A DNA stretch of 64,000 nt from Somniosus microcephalus (Eukaryota): contig CM126218.1 of NCBI GenBank assembly GCA_052327205.1, positions 58,652,001-58,716,000 of the forward strand, read 5' to 3'. Below are positions 13,598 to 24,015 of this stretch, piece after piece. Made by a program: the position numbers and the translations under genes. The notes beneath the pieces were generated by a model. That model saw nothing but the letters and a program-made list of their open reading frames with translations, searched no databases and was not told the origin of the DNA. Position 1 is the first letter of the stretch; every line of letters begins with the position of its first letter.

Positions 13598-14035
13598 TTG
13601 GCAGTGTAAGCGTGGTTCAGTTGGTAACATTTGTCATCGCTGGGTCAAGGTTTTGTGGGTTTAAGCCTCCAATCCAGTACTTGAGTCCTCTAGTGAAGTA
13701 CTGGGGGAGTGCTGCATTGTTGGAGGTGCTGTGCTTTGGGAGACTTGTTCAAGTGCAGCTTTAAGAACACAACTCAAAAGGCGGGTGGGGGGGGGGGGGG
13801 GGCGGTGGCGGCTCCTGACCAACATTCCTCTCTCAAAAAAATACAACCAAAAAGCAGAACGACTGGCCATTTTGTCTTATAGCCATTTGTGGGCCGTTGC
13901 TGGTGAAAAATGGCTGCCATGTTTGCTTGCATAACAGTCACCACACCACCAACTGCAATTCACTACATGAAACATCTTGAAGCAGATTGATGCCATGATA
14001 AAGTGCTTTATAAATACAAGTATTACTTTCTTTCT
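13598..14035 (+). mobile_element. Degraded tRNA-derived Deu-domain SINE
   Basis: tRNA-like head (GGTTCAGTTGG...GGTTTAAGCC), AAAATGGCTGCC core and ATAAATACAAG tail. Reverse complement of the 33538-33968 family. Confidence 0.55.
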
Positions 14036-14758
14036 ATTGAATCATACGAACATACAAAATTGACGGACAGGAAAAGACCAGCTGGTCCATCAAGCCTGCC
14101 ACACACCGTGATGTCCAGAGCATCGTGACTAAACACTTCTCTCCCCCCCGCCCCCCCAATTCTGTTGATCCTATTGACCGAGAGAGTGGATGTTAAATGA
14201 GCAAAAACTCACATTCCACAGATGGGCCTAATTGCTGAAGCTCAGGCCCCGATTTTCCCTGAGCCGGCAGGCGGGGGCTGAAAATCGCAGAAATAGGGGG
14301 TCGCGACCCCCCCCCCGCCCAATTCCCCGCCCCGCCCGACTTTCGCCCCCGTGTTTCAGTGCGACCCGAATCAGTCCCGCCCACAGCAGGCGGGAATGGT
14401 CGGCGGGAGCCTAATGATCAATAATTGGCATGTTTAATCCTATTTTCAGGGCCCCTTGGAATTTTCAGCCTTTCCCCACGTAAAACACGCCTGGTGGGAA
14501 CACCGCTGATGAAACCTGGCGTGAACAATGTCGGCTTGCTTGCTTTCAGCTGCAGGTCAATCAGGACTGAAGAGATTTAATCAGCCAGCATTTGTAGGCT
14601 GCAGGACCTTGTTGCTCCAGGCTTGGGGCAACTTGTTGAAGGCTTAGGCACAGCTGTGGAAGGTTGGAGCCTCACACACTTCTCCAGAGTGAGCTCCTGG
14701 GAAGCCCCTCTCACCACCCTCACTCAGCGCCTCCTCAACGGAGGCATCTGCCAGAAGC

Positions 14759-16032
14759 ATGGGAGGCCTTTTGTTCCTTCCCTTCCTGGCATTAGAGGAT
14801 CTCCAACAGCAGAGGAGGCTGGAGCAGCTCCAGCACCAGCAGCTCCAGCAACAGCAGCACCAGCAACAGCAGCACCAGCAGGAGCGATAGGCTGCGGCTC
14901 AGCCACCTGAGGCAGCACAGGCCAGAAGGGGCCAGCGCATGGAAGGCCGTCGGCGCAGGAGATACCCCCAAACAGGGTCTACAAACACAGGGTGAGCTAC
15001 CTCAACATGACTGAGCAGCAGTGCCAGAGGCGGCTCCGACTTTCGCGAGAGGTTGTGACTGACATCTGCGCAATGCTCCAGCAAGATCTGGAGCCCAGAG
15101 CACCAGGTCGACACTCCTTACCAGTGGCCATCAAAGTTACCACCGCACTCAACTTTTATGCCTCAGGCTCCTTCCAGGGATCAGCAGCAGACATCAGCGG
15201 CATCTCCAAGGCGGCCGCACACACTTGCATCACGCAGGTAACCAATGCCCTCTTTGCCCTCGCGCACAATCACATTCATTTCACCAGGGATCGCGCAAGT
15301 GTGAGGGCGCGAGCGCTTGGATTGGCTCAGCTGGCAGACTTTCCAAGGGTGCAGGGCGTCATTGACTGCACACATGTGGCCCTTAGGGCACCCCACCGCA
15401 ATCCAGGAGTTTTTGTCAACCGCAAGGGCTTCCACTCCCTTAACGTTCAGCTGGTGTGTGACCACAAGGTGGTGATTCTGCATGTTTGTGCCAAGTACCC
15501 TAGCAGCTGCCATGACTCCTTCATACTGTGCCAGTCTACAGTGCCTCCGCAATTCAGTCCGCCAAACGAACTTCAAAGATGGCTACTTGGAGACAAGGGA
15601 TATCCCCTGCGCTCTTGGCTAATGACGCCGTTGAGGAGACCAGCCAACGAAGCTGAGGAGTGCTACAACTCCAGCCACATTTCCACCAGATGCATTATTG
15701 AGCAAGCCATTGGATTGCTGAAGATGCGCTTCAGATGCCTCGATAGATCAGGTGGAGCCCTGCAGTACTCATCAGCCAGGGTCTCCAAAATCGTCGTGGT
15801 ATGCTGTGTGCTTCACAACATGGCACAGCGTCGTGGCTTGCCGATTCCGCAGGACCAAGAGGTTCCTCACAGAGCCGCCTCAGATGAGGATGATGCTGAG
15901 GATGATGCTGAGGAGGAGGAGGAGGACGGAAACGAGCATCCTGCAGAGGCCCGCCAACCAGCGGCACCAGTGCGCGAGAACATTGCTGGGTGCAATGCAA
16001 GGAACGCACTCATCCTGAGCAGATTTGCGTAG
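14759..16032 (+). pseudogene. Harbinger DDE transposase (HARBI1-like)
   Basis: [29 protein letters not shown] and [15 protein letters not shown] motifs in ORF 14992-16032. Likely ATG at 14759 with a Q/H-rich leader, interrupted by TAG near 14888 and a 1-nt frameshift in the C run near 14965. Confidence 0.9.
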
Positions 16033-16285
16033 CCTGGTACATCAAACACTGCAGCCTCAATGCTTCTTAACTGACTATGGACAGTGGCCCATGCCTGCGC
16101 ATTCCTACCTATTTGACCAGCTTGCTGACATCTGCAAGTTATCCTAAGGCCTCTATGTGATATGCCCATTCACCAAATGACAGTCGCTATAACTGCAGCA
16201 GTTGCCACCAGATTTTTAATGTACAGGAAACTGATGGCAATAAAACTATTTACAAGGCTTTTCACCCAAGTGACTACCCTTGTGA

Positions 16286-19200
16286 TTAGTGGTGCTTTAT
16301 TTTTCTCTTACGCATGCTCCTACGTAGTGGTGCCCCTGTGGCTTCAGCAGATGTGGAGGCCCCTTGCTCACTTTCCTGCTGTGCCTGTCTCAACACCTTT
16401 GACGGGCGTCCTCTGGGGTGGCGAGCCTGTGAGGGCTCGCCAGCAGTCTGCTGCTCCTGCGGCTGTGCAGGGCTTGAGACTCCTATCTCACTGGGGTGTG
16501 GACTCCGGCGGGACTCTGACCGAGGGCTCTGAAGTGGCATGGAAGTGTGAGTGCGTGGAGAGGAGCCCCCACTTCCTTGAGGTGTGCCAGCAACCTCCCT
16601 CTCATGGGTCAGCTCCCCCTCAGCGCCTGCAAGTGGCTGGAGAGCACCTTGCTGCACATCAGGGGGGGCCATGGGGACCCGTCTCTACACTGGAAGTCCT
16701 GCTCAGAGGGACTTCCATGAAGGTCTGGTTTCGGTGCTCAATAGATGCCCATCGCTCCTCAAGAGATGTCATTCTATTCAGAGCACTCACCATGTTTTCA
16801 ATACCCTGGCGACTAAGCTCCTCCATGGCCGCAGCCCTCCTCTCCTCGGCTGCAGCCCTCCTCTCCTCGGCCACAGCCCTCCTCTCCTCGACGGTAGCCA
16901 GCCTTACCACGGAGGTAGCCATCCTTTCTGTGGTGATGCTTTCATGCGCCAACGCTTGGTCCAGTGTAACGGATGCCAGCGTAGGGGTCGGTGTGTCGCT
17001 GCGGGTATCAGATGAGGCGGTGTTGGGGGCCTGCTGCGTTCCGGCTGTCGTCCAAGATGGCGGCGTCCATGATCCCCATGTGGCTGGAGGCGTCCAAAAT
17101 GGCTGCTGTACCAGTGGTTCGCACATGGCCGGGGAGGCCCAAGATGGCGGCCCGCATGGCCCACACGCGGCGCTGCTGGGGTTCGGGGTGGCTTTGGCCC
17201 TGCAGACGTTAGCGTAGTGTCGCTTCTTCCCGCAGCCCGAGCAGATCGCGTTTTTCGCCGGGCAGCGCGCTCTGGGGTGTTTTGCCTGGCCACAGAAGTA
17301 GCATTTCTGGCCTTGGGGCACTGCTGTCTGGCCTTGGGACACTGCTGCGGTAGTTGGGCCGTTGCTGGGGTGGCACGGCGCTACGAGGCGGTCCTACCGT
17401 GTCCCAGGCTGTCATTCCCCACGGCGTCCACAGTGCAGAGGAGTAGGCATCCATGCCCCGGTAGGCTGCATCCAATGATAGTGCGAGTTCAGAGGCCTTG
17501 TTGAGGTCGAGGTCACTCTGCTCCAACAGTCGCTGTCGGGTGTAATTGGATCTGTGGCCCGCTACAAAAGCGTCCCGGATAAGTTCCTCTGTGTACACGG
17601 CGGCCTTTACATCCTTACAACCACAGGCCCGGCCAAGCACAGACAGTGCCTGAAGGTATTCCACGGTCGATTCCCCAGGTTGTTGTTTACGACTCCCCAG
17701 AAGGTGCCTGGCGTACACTTCGTTCACTGGGCGCGTGTACTGGTCCTTGAGGAGCTTGATAGCGTCCGCGTACGAGGTCGCGTCTTGGATGACCGAGTAC
17801 ACTCGGTGGTTCACTTTGGAGGTCAGGACATCCAGTTTGTCCTCGTCCGATTTGATTGCTGCGGAGGCGGTCAGGAATTTTTCGAAACACTTAAGCCAGT
17901 GAGTAAACTTGGTGGATGAGTCCGCCTCCCGATGATCTAAGTCCAGGCATGCTGGTGTGAGGATCTTCTCCATTATAAAAATTTTGTTAATAAAATTGAT
18001 GCGCTATCAATTACTCATAAAAGACTGAGAGTTAAGAGAGTAACTAAAGGCTTTTATTAACAAAAGAATGAAGGTCTGCCTCGAGTGGTCGACCGGTCCA
18101 GAAATACAAAGGGCTGGGGAGCAGTCACCTTTATACTAGGACTTGTGGGAGGAGTCAGCCGAGGCATGTCCAGGCATGTACACAGTGGAATACAAACAGT
18201 GGTTTACCACACTCCTCTCCTCAGCCACAGCCCTCCTCTCCTCGACGGTAGCCAGCCTTACCACGGAGGTAGCCATCCTTTCTGTGGTGATGCTTTCATG
18301 CGCCAATGACTCCAATAAGGCTCTGCTCATGGTCGCCATGGACTCCTCCATTCGCTCCACACTCGCAGCGACCCTGGTGACAAAACCTGCCAGAGACGCC
18401 TGCATCTGTGCATGGAGATCCATCACCTCCTCTCTTGTGGATGGACCCAGAGGCAGAGGGTCGACATGCAGCTGAGCTGAGCTGGCAGAGGCCTGCACCC
18501 TCCAACGAGGACTCTCCACTGCTGTCCCTGTCTCCACAATCTGCTGATGCTCACTTGTGAGCTGTGAAACACCAGGTGACAACACTACTCTATGTCCCGA
18601 AGGTCCCACCGAGGTGTGAGTGTCTGCGCTGGTGCTGGGTGCGCTTACTTCTGCTGATGCTGCGCCCTCAGAGGCTGGAGCTTCCTCTGAGGAGTCTGGC
18701 TGCAAAGCCTCTTCCTCCTTGGCAGTGGCGACGGGGGCCCCGGATGGTCCTGTGGGGGAGTAAAGGAAAGAATTAGAGATGTGATGCCAGGGCTACTTGC
18801 ACATTGGATTTGGCAGGTGCTCATAAGTCCAAATGATGTGGCTTCAGAATCATATCAGCAACTCATGCTATGTCAATGAGAGAGATGGGAAACTATTCTG
18901 TCACCAGCTTGCCGGCTTGCTCCTGGCTCTCCTGCCCCAGCTTCCACAGGCACGTCAGCCCCAGCAATCTCCATCACAGCTTTCTCCCAGGGGCTCAGGT
19001 GGGCGATTGAGGGTGGTCCTCCTCCAGTCCTCGCATGCTCTCTCCTATTGTGAGCTCTCTTTTCCTGCAATGAGGGAGACAAGTGGAGGTTGAGTGAGAA
19101 TGAAGGAGTGAGTGTAGAGATTGCATAGCATAGATACTTAGAAGGAGACAAAGATGGTGTGAGGCTGCAAGACCAAGGGCCCTCCCTGCGTGTTGTCAGT

Positions 19201-19677
19201 TGTGTTCCAAGCATCAGAGTGAGAGGCACTGTGAGGGCTGCATGGTGGAATAGTTCTGTGAATGTGAGCATAGAGAGATAGGGAATGGGTAAGGGTGCAT
19301 GGATGTGACTGTGAAGTGGGATGTGGAGGAAGAGATTGTTGAAGCTGAGTGCTGTTGGGGAAAGGCAATGGGGATCAGGTTGAGGGTGATGGAAACTTCA
19401 TACTTACTTTTCCTGTACGGTGAAGGTCATGGAAGCGTTTCCTGCACTGCATCCAGGTCCGACGGGTGACTCCCTGAGAGTTGACCTCTGCAGCCACCTC
19501 CATCCATGCAGCCCTGGTCTCTTTGGGAGGCCTCTTCCTCCCTGAGCTAGGGAAGAGGACCTCCCTGTGGGCCCTTACCCCATCCACCAATGTCTGGAGT
19601 GACGTCTCGTCGAATTTGGCGGCAGCTCGGCCTCTGCCGCTGCCGCTGGCAGCAGCTGGTGCAGGCTCCTCTGCCAT
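16286..19677 (-). pseudogene. Harbinger Myb/SANT (trihelix) DNA-binding protein gene, 3 exons: 19408-19677, 18905-19064 and 16286-18749 (the last interrupted)
   Basis: KFDETSLQTLVDGV...AAWMEVAAEVNS...RTWMQCRKRFHDL Myb-like domain. GT/AG introns in phase. Coiled-coil EERRAAA repeats and a basic RRSMRKRK tail. Confidence 0.88.
16953..18211 (-). mobile_element. Truncated Gypsy element (family B): 5' LTR 17997-18211 plus gag
   Basis: Gag MEKILTPACLDL... is closely similar to ORF 42863-46861 and has a CX2CX3HX4C knuckle. LTR is homologous to 46886-47120. The element ends before the protease. Confidence 0.92.
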
Positions 19678-20301
19678 TCTGCAAGACTGGTTGGGAAGCC
19701 TGCAGAGGTTGAGAAGCTTGCTGGACATTTTAAAAGCACCACGAATGATGACATCATAATGTGGGGCTTTCTGACTGGAAATGGACAATTAGCAAGGGTG
19801 CCCATACGCTGGAAATTAATTGGTCACTTGAGCGAAAATTGCGTGCAGCTGGCTGACCCATTTAGATTCGGGTCGGAACCCCACATTCGGGGAACCCGAC
19901 AATTCCCCGCACCTTCGGGAAAATCGGGGCCTCAGAATACTGGCTGGGGTTTTCCACTTCTACACCCACCAACCTGCGATTTCCCACCCATTCATTCTAA
20001 TGGACAGAAAACCATGGGTTGGTGAGCAAAGGGGTGGAAAACCCTGGCGGATAGCTACTAATAACCTGAATGAATGTTCCACAATGTTTGATAGGTGACC
20101 TTAAGGAAATGAAAGAACTCATAACCCCCCTCCCTCCACTCTGCTTTCATATTCCCCATTCAACATAAAATACACTGGAATGTTTATAATCAACATATCA
20201 ATGGGAGGTGGTCTTCATTCTCCACACCCACTGTTGCTGCACTGTGTTACTTAATTTAGCCTGTGCGTCACTAACCTACAAATACATTGTTTTCAACATA
20301 C

Positions 20302-20522
20302 CTTTAAAGTCTCCCTTCAAGAAATCTGGGTTTTTGGAGCTGATTTTGCAGGTCGGTCCAGAATACCTAGAGTCGCAAACGCACTGGGTTCCACCAATAC
20401 AGCTGCCGTGTCCATTACACATCTCCTCACACTGGGGTCCAATGTAAACATTATCAATGGCCCAGGTCACTGGTTGAGAACCTGACCTGTAGAACCCTTG
20501 GTACCATCGAAACCTCACAGAT
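20302..20522 (-). CDS. RELN: Reelin coding exon (221 bp), repeat 5 EGF motif
   Basis: [11 protein letters not shown]...[39 protein letters not shown]...DFK. AG/GT bounded. Confidence 0.96.
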
Positions 20523-21844
20523 CTGTGAGCACAAGAAGCAATACATCCGTAGAACAAGCTATATGAAAACAATCTTAAAAGCTGCTCGTCTGGGGAAGAT
20601 TGTCTTGTGGAATGAGACCAAATAAAAAGGGCTTTGTACAAAAAAATCCCATAAACAGCTACTTTGAATATTGGTCTCGCTTGAATTGGATAATCAGTCT
20701 GTCTTTGGTAAGAAAACTCAAGTGAGCAATAGGTCACCAATCATTGCAAGCTCAGTGCATCCCTTGTAAAGGGTTCTTTTACATATTGAAGGTCAGAATC
20801 AAATTGTGTTGTCCCGAGAGGGCGGGCAGATGGCCTGTTTGCTCTGGCAGCATCGTGCCTGTCTGCGCTTTCACCTATGGCATGGCGCCACCATAAGTGT
20901 GGGTGCAAAGCAAAGTTCAAAAATGGATAGAAAAATAAATGCTAAGGATGGCAGAGTAATTCTAATCAAGGAGATGTTCCTGGCCTGAAAACAGAAGAGG
21001 GTCACAAAATGAGATGAGAGCCAAAAGAAAAAAGCACAAGGAAAACTGGCACATGGAATAGGTACAAACAAAAAGGTCTGAATTACTGGTGAGCTTTCCC
21101 TTTGGTTTGGGCCAAGTGCTACTGGAGAATTCTCTCTTAGTTTCAACCAGTTTCTTTTCTTTCTTTGGCTTGGTCCTTCTGCTTGGCGACAGGGTGTGGC
21201 GGGGGTTAGAGAAACTTCCCTGCTTACCCAAAGTAAGACCAGAACAGGGGTGGTCGTACTGACTCACGCGGTGGCGACGGGATAGGACCTGCTTTTGGCC
21301 ACCTCCCTGTCGCTCCTGCCTGCAGCAGCAGCAATATTGGCCCATGTCGAGCCTTTTTCACAAAATGCCTCGTGCCCCCTTTAGCTAGCGCTCGTCCCAC
21401 CTCGAGTGCTGCAGCGGGTGTCTTGCTGTAACACCACTTGAGTGTCCTGCTGTGCACTGGTGGGCTTTCCTCCGTTGAGCGGATACACCACCGGGAACCC
21501 ACCCTCCCTATACAATTGACCCCGACTCAGGAAAATGGGTCGGAGGTCACAGCGGGGTCGGATGGCCTGGTGAAAGCTCCACCCTGTTACCACTCCGCTA
21601 GTAAATTGGCTATAAATCTTCCTCTGCACCAAAAAAATACCTTATCTGCTAGATTCAGTATAGCATCCCCCTACTACACCAGTGAGAGTTCTCCATTTTC
21701 TAAGAAAAGCTGCCATTGCTATACTCTAGGAACTAGTGTAGGAACTACAGTACTTACACTGTACTGTAAGGCTGGCTAAAAACTTGCCTGACAGCTGATT
21801 GAGAGGACAAATCTGAACCAATACATGCATTATTGGAGAAAATT

Positions 21845-22314
21845 TACATAGTATTTACAGCACAGAAACAGGCCATTTGGCCCAATAGGTCCATGCTGGT
21901 GTTTATGCTCCACACGAGTCTCCTCTCACCCTTCTTCATGTAACCCCATCAACATATCCTTCTATTCCTTTCTCCCTCATGTGTTTATCTAGCTTCCCCT
22001 TAAAGGCATCTATGCCATTTGTCTCAACCACTCCCTGTGGTAGCGAGTTCCACATTCTAACCACTCTCTGGGTAAAGAAGTTTCTCCTGAATTCCCTATT
22101 GGATTTTCAGTGACTATCTTATATTTATAGCCCCTAGTTCTGGTCTAACCTGCAATTGGAAATATCTTCTCTATGTCAACCCTACCAAACCCTTTCATAA
22201 TCTTAGACCTCTATCAGGTCACCCCTCAGTCTTTTCTAGAGAAAAAAGCCCCAGCCTGTTCAATCTTTCCTGATAGGTATAACCTCTCAGTTCTGGTATC
22301 ATCCTAGTAAATCT
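21845..22314 (-). mobile_element. CR1 LINE 3' fragment
   Basis: Reverse complement reads RFTRMIPELRGYTYQERLNRLGLF...RGDLIEV...FFTQRVVRMWNSLP, followed by a 3' UTR. Confidence 0.85.
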
Positions 22315-22460
22315 GGGGATATTGTGACTAGTTAAGGTGGGTTTGAGATCAATTCATAGAGGGTTAACTCTTTTGGGTCCGAAAATGTGTGCAGAAAGAA
22401 GAAAGTCAGGTTTAAATAAAACAAAAATGAAATTCTTCATGTTCTGAAATAAGAACTCAC

Positions 22461-22687
22461 CCACATAGATGGAGTCTGCCAAAGTGGATTACCTCTCTCT
22501 TCCAACCCTGGGTGGTACCGGCATAATATGTGCTGCTGGGATGGAGCTCAGTAGAACAGAGTGCGCTGATGTGGCCACTACTGTAACAGAGAGGCAGAAG
22601 CAAGTGCCATGTGGCTCCAAAATCCCGCGAGAACTCCAATCTAATAGGATCTGAAGCTGAACTATCTATATTGCATCCAACGTTGAT
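22461..22687 (-). CDS. RELN: Reelin coding exon (227 bp), repeat 5A, includes the LHLC cysteine
   Basis: [34 protein letters not shown]...[10 protein letters not shown] acceptor, GTGAGT donor. Confidence 0.96.
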
Positions 22688-23181
22688 CTAAAATTATAAA
22701 GGAAATATGCATCATTAATGGAAATAGTTTAAGTTTACCTTTTCTTTTATTCATAACAAAGATCTTATACATTGCTATCGGAATATGGCCAGCTTTGAAC
22801 AATTACTCTTGCACTGTTTTCAACGGGAGTGCAACAAGGTTTTGATTCAACAAATTTAGAGGAACTTCAGTCTGCCCCAGATTACTCTTCTATTATCATT
22901 AACTCTCTTACAGCTGTGCTGTTGCCAAAGCATCTCATTAGGCATTTTACTATGTTTATACATTGTGTAGTATTCATCGCTGATTGTATCTGGTGCTACA
23001 AATGTATTATTTTAGGCCTAAAAATAACTGGTGGTAATATTAGCAGAATGATGTTTCCTAACTTGTCCCATTACTATCTCATACAAAAGCAAAATACTGC
23101 GGATGCTGGAAATCTGAACTAAAAACAGAAAATGCTGGAAATACTCAGCAGGTCAGGCAGCATCTGTGGAGAGAGAAACAG

Positions 23182-23218
23182 AGTTAACGTTTCAGGTCGA
23201 TGACCCTTCGTCAGAACT
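23182..23218 (-). ncRNA. Minimal type I hammerhead ribozyme motif (intact core)
   Basis: Minus strand AGUU-CUGACGA-AGGGUC-AUC-GACCU-GAAA-CG-UU-AACU gives stem I, CUGANGA, stem II, GAAA and a palindromic stem III AACGUU. Confidence 0.72.
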
Positions 23219-23342
23219 GGAAAAAGCTGGCGATCGAACAGGTTTTTAAGCAAGTGTGGGAGCTGGGAAAGGGGGGAGGGGAGTAAAGAACAAAAGGGAA
23301 GGCCTGTGATAGGATGGAAGGCAGGAGAGATTAAAAGACATT

Positions 23343-24015
23343 GGGGGAAAAATTCAGTTGTTTGCGCCTCCCGTTAGCGCCTTAAGAGGGCGCTAATGGG
23401 GACGCAAAGCAACTAGCGCCTGGGCGCGGCGATGTTTGCACCACTCGCAAAATTAACTAGACATTTTGCGGCGCCGCTAAACACCACCGCCACGATCTCC
23501 TGCGCCGGCAGATTGTGACGTCTGTCGAGTGCGCAACGCCCCGTTAGCGCCCCAGACTGGATATTGAGTGGCGCCCCCTCCCTTACTGCCTGCCGCTAGC
23601 AACGACAGGTTGAGGGGAGCGTTATGCTGTCAGAAAGGGACTGGGGGAGCGCTATTTAAAGGCGACCGCTTCCTGCCTTTTTTGGTCGGTGACATTTTTG
23701 CACCACGCATTCTGAGAGAGAGAGGCTTCTGGAGAGATTCAAAGCTGTGTGAAGGAGTTTTGAGTACTGAGCAGCACTTTGCAGGTTCATTTTGATTTGC
23801 CCTTCCATTGCTTCGCCAGCGCTCTGAGGTAGCGCCTCGCTCCTCGGCCTTTGCGCCTTAAGACAGGTGTGAAGCGCCTGATTTAGCGCTCCAATCACCT
23901 CCAGGGGTGATAAAAGCCAAGTTTGCTGTTGGAGGCGATAATTAGCGCCAGGCGCTAAACTTTGCGCACGGCCGATAATGGCGCCCCAAATGGGGCGATA
24001 CCGAATTTTTCCCCC
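23343..24015. mobile_element. Non-autonomous Harbinger-type MITE nested in the Penelope-like element
   Basis: TIRs GGGGGAAAAATTC / GAATTTTTCCCCC. 3-bp TSD ATT at 23340-23342 and 24016-24018. Many internal TAGCGCC motifs. Confidence 0.82.

Larger units (their letters stand above)
14245..19931. mobile_element. Full-length PIF/Harbinger DNA transposon with convergent transposase and Myb/SANT genes, inactivated
   Basis: 15-bp TIRs GGCCCCGATTTTCCC at 14245-14259 and 19917-19931. 3-bp TSD TCA at 14242-14244 and 19932-19934. Two convergent genes. Confidence 0.93.

Noticed and set aside
14992-16032. Domesticated host gene HARBI1
   Set aside because: The ORF lies within TIRs and a TSD, has a Myb partner gene, and its N-terminus is disrupted, so it is a transposon copy.
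16162-17217. 351-aa plus-strand ORF
   Set aside because: It is the antisense shadow of the GC-rich Myb and gag coding sequence and has no recognisable motifs.
21080-21640. GC-rich segment with partial repeats and a TGGCGACGG PBS-like word
   Set aside because: No adjacent LTR or paired ends. Probably a degraded MITE, but I could not delimit it.
23343-24015. Recurrent TAGCGCC/GGCGC motifs as a CRISPR-like array or CpG-island promoter
   Set aside because: Spacing is irregular with no repeat-spacer pattern, and the motifs are bounded by TIRs and a TSD, so they are best read as MITE subterminal motifs.
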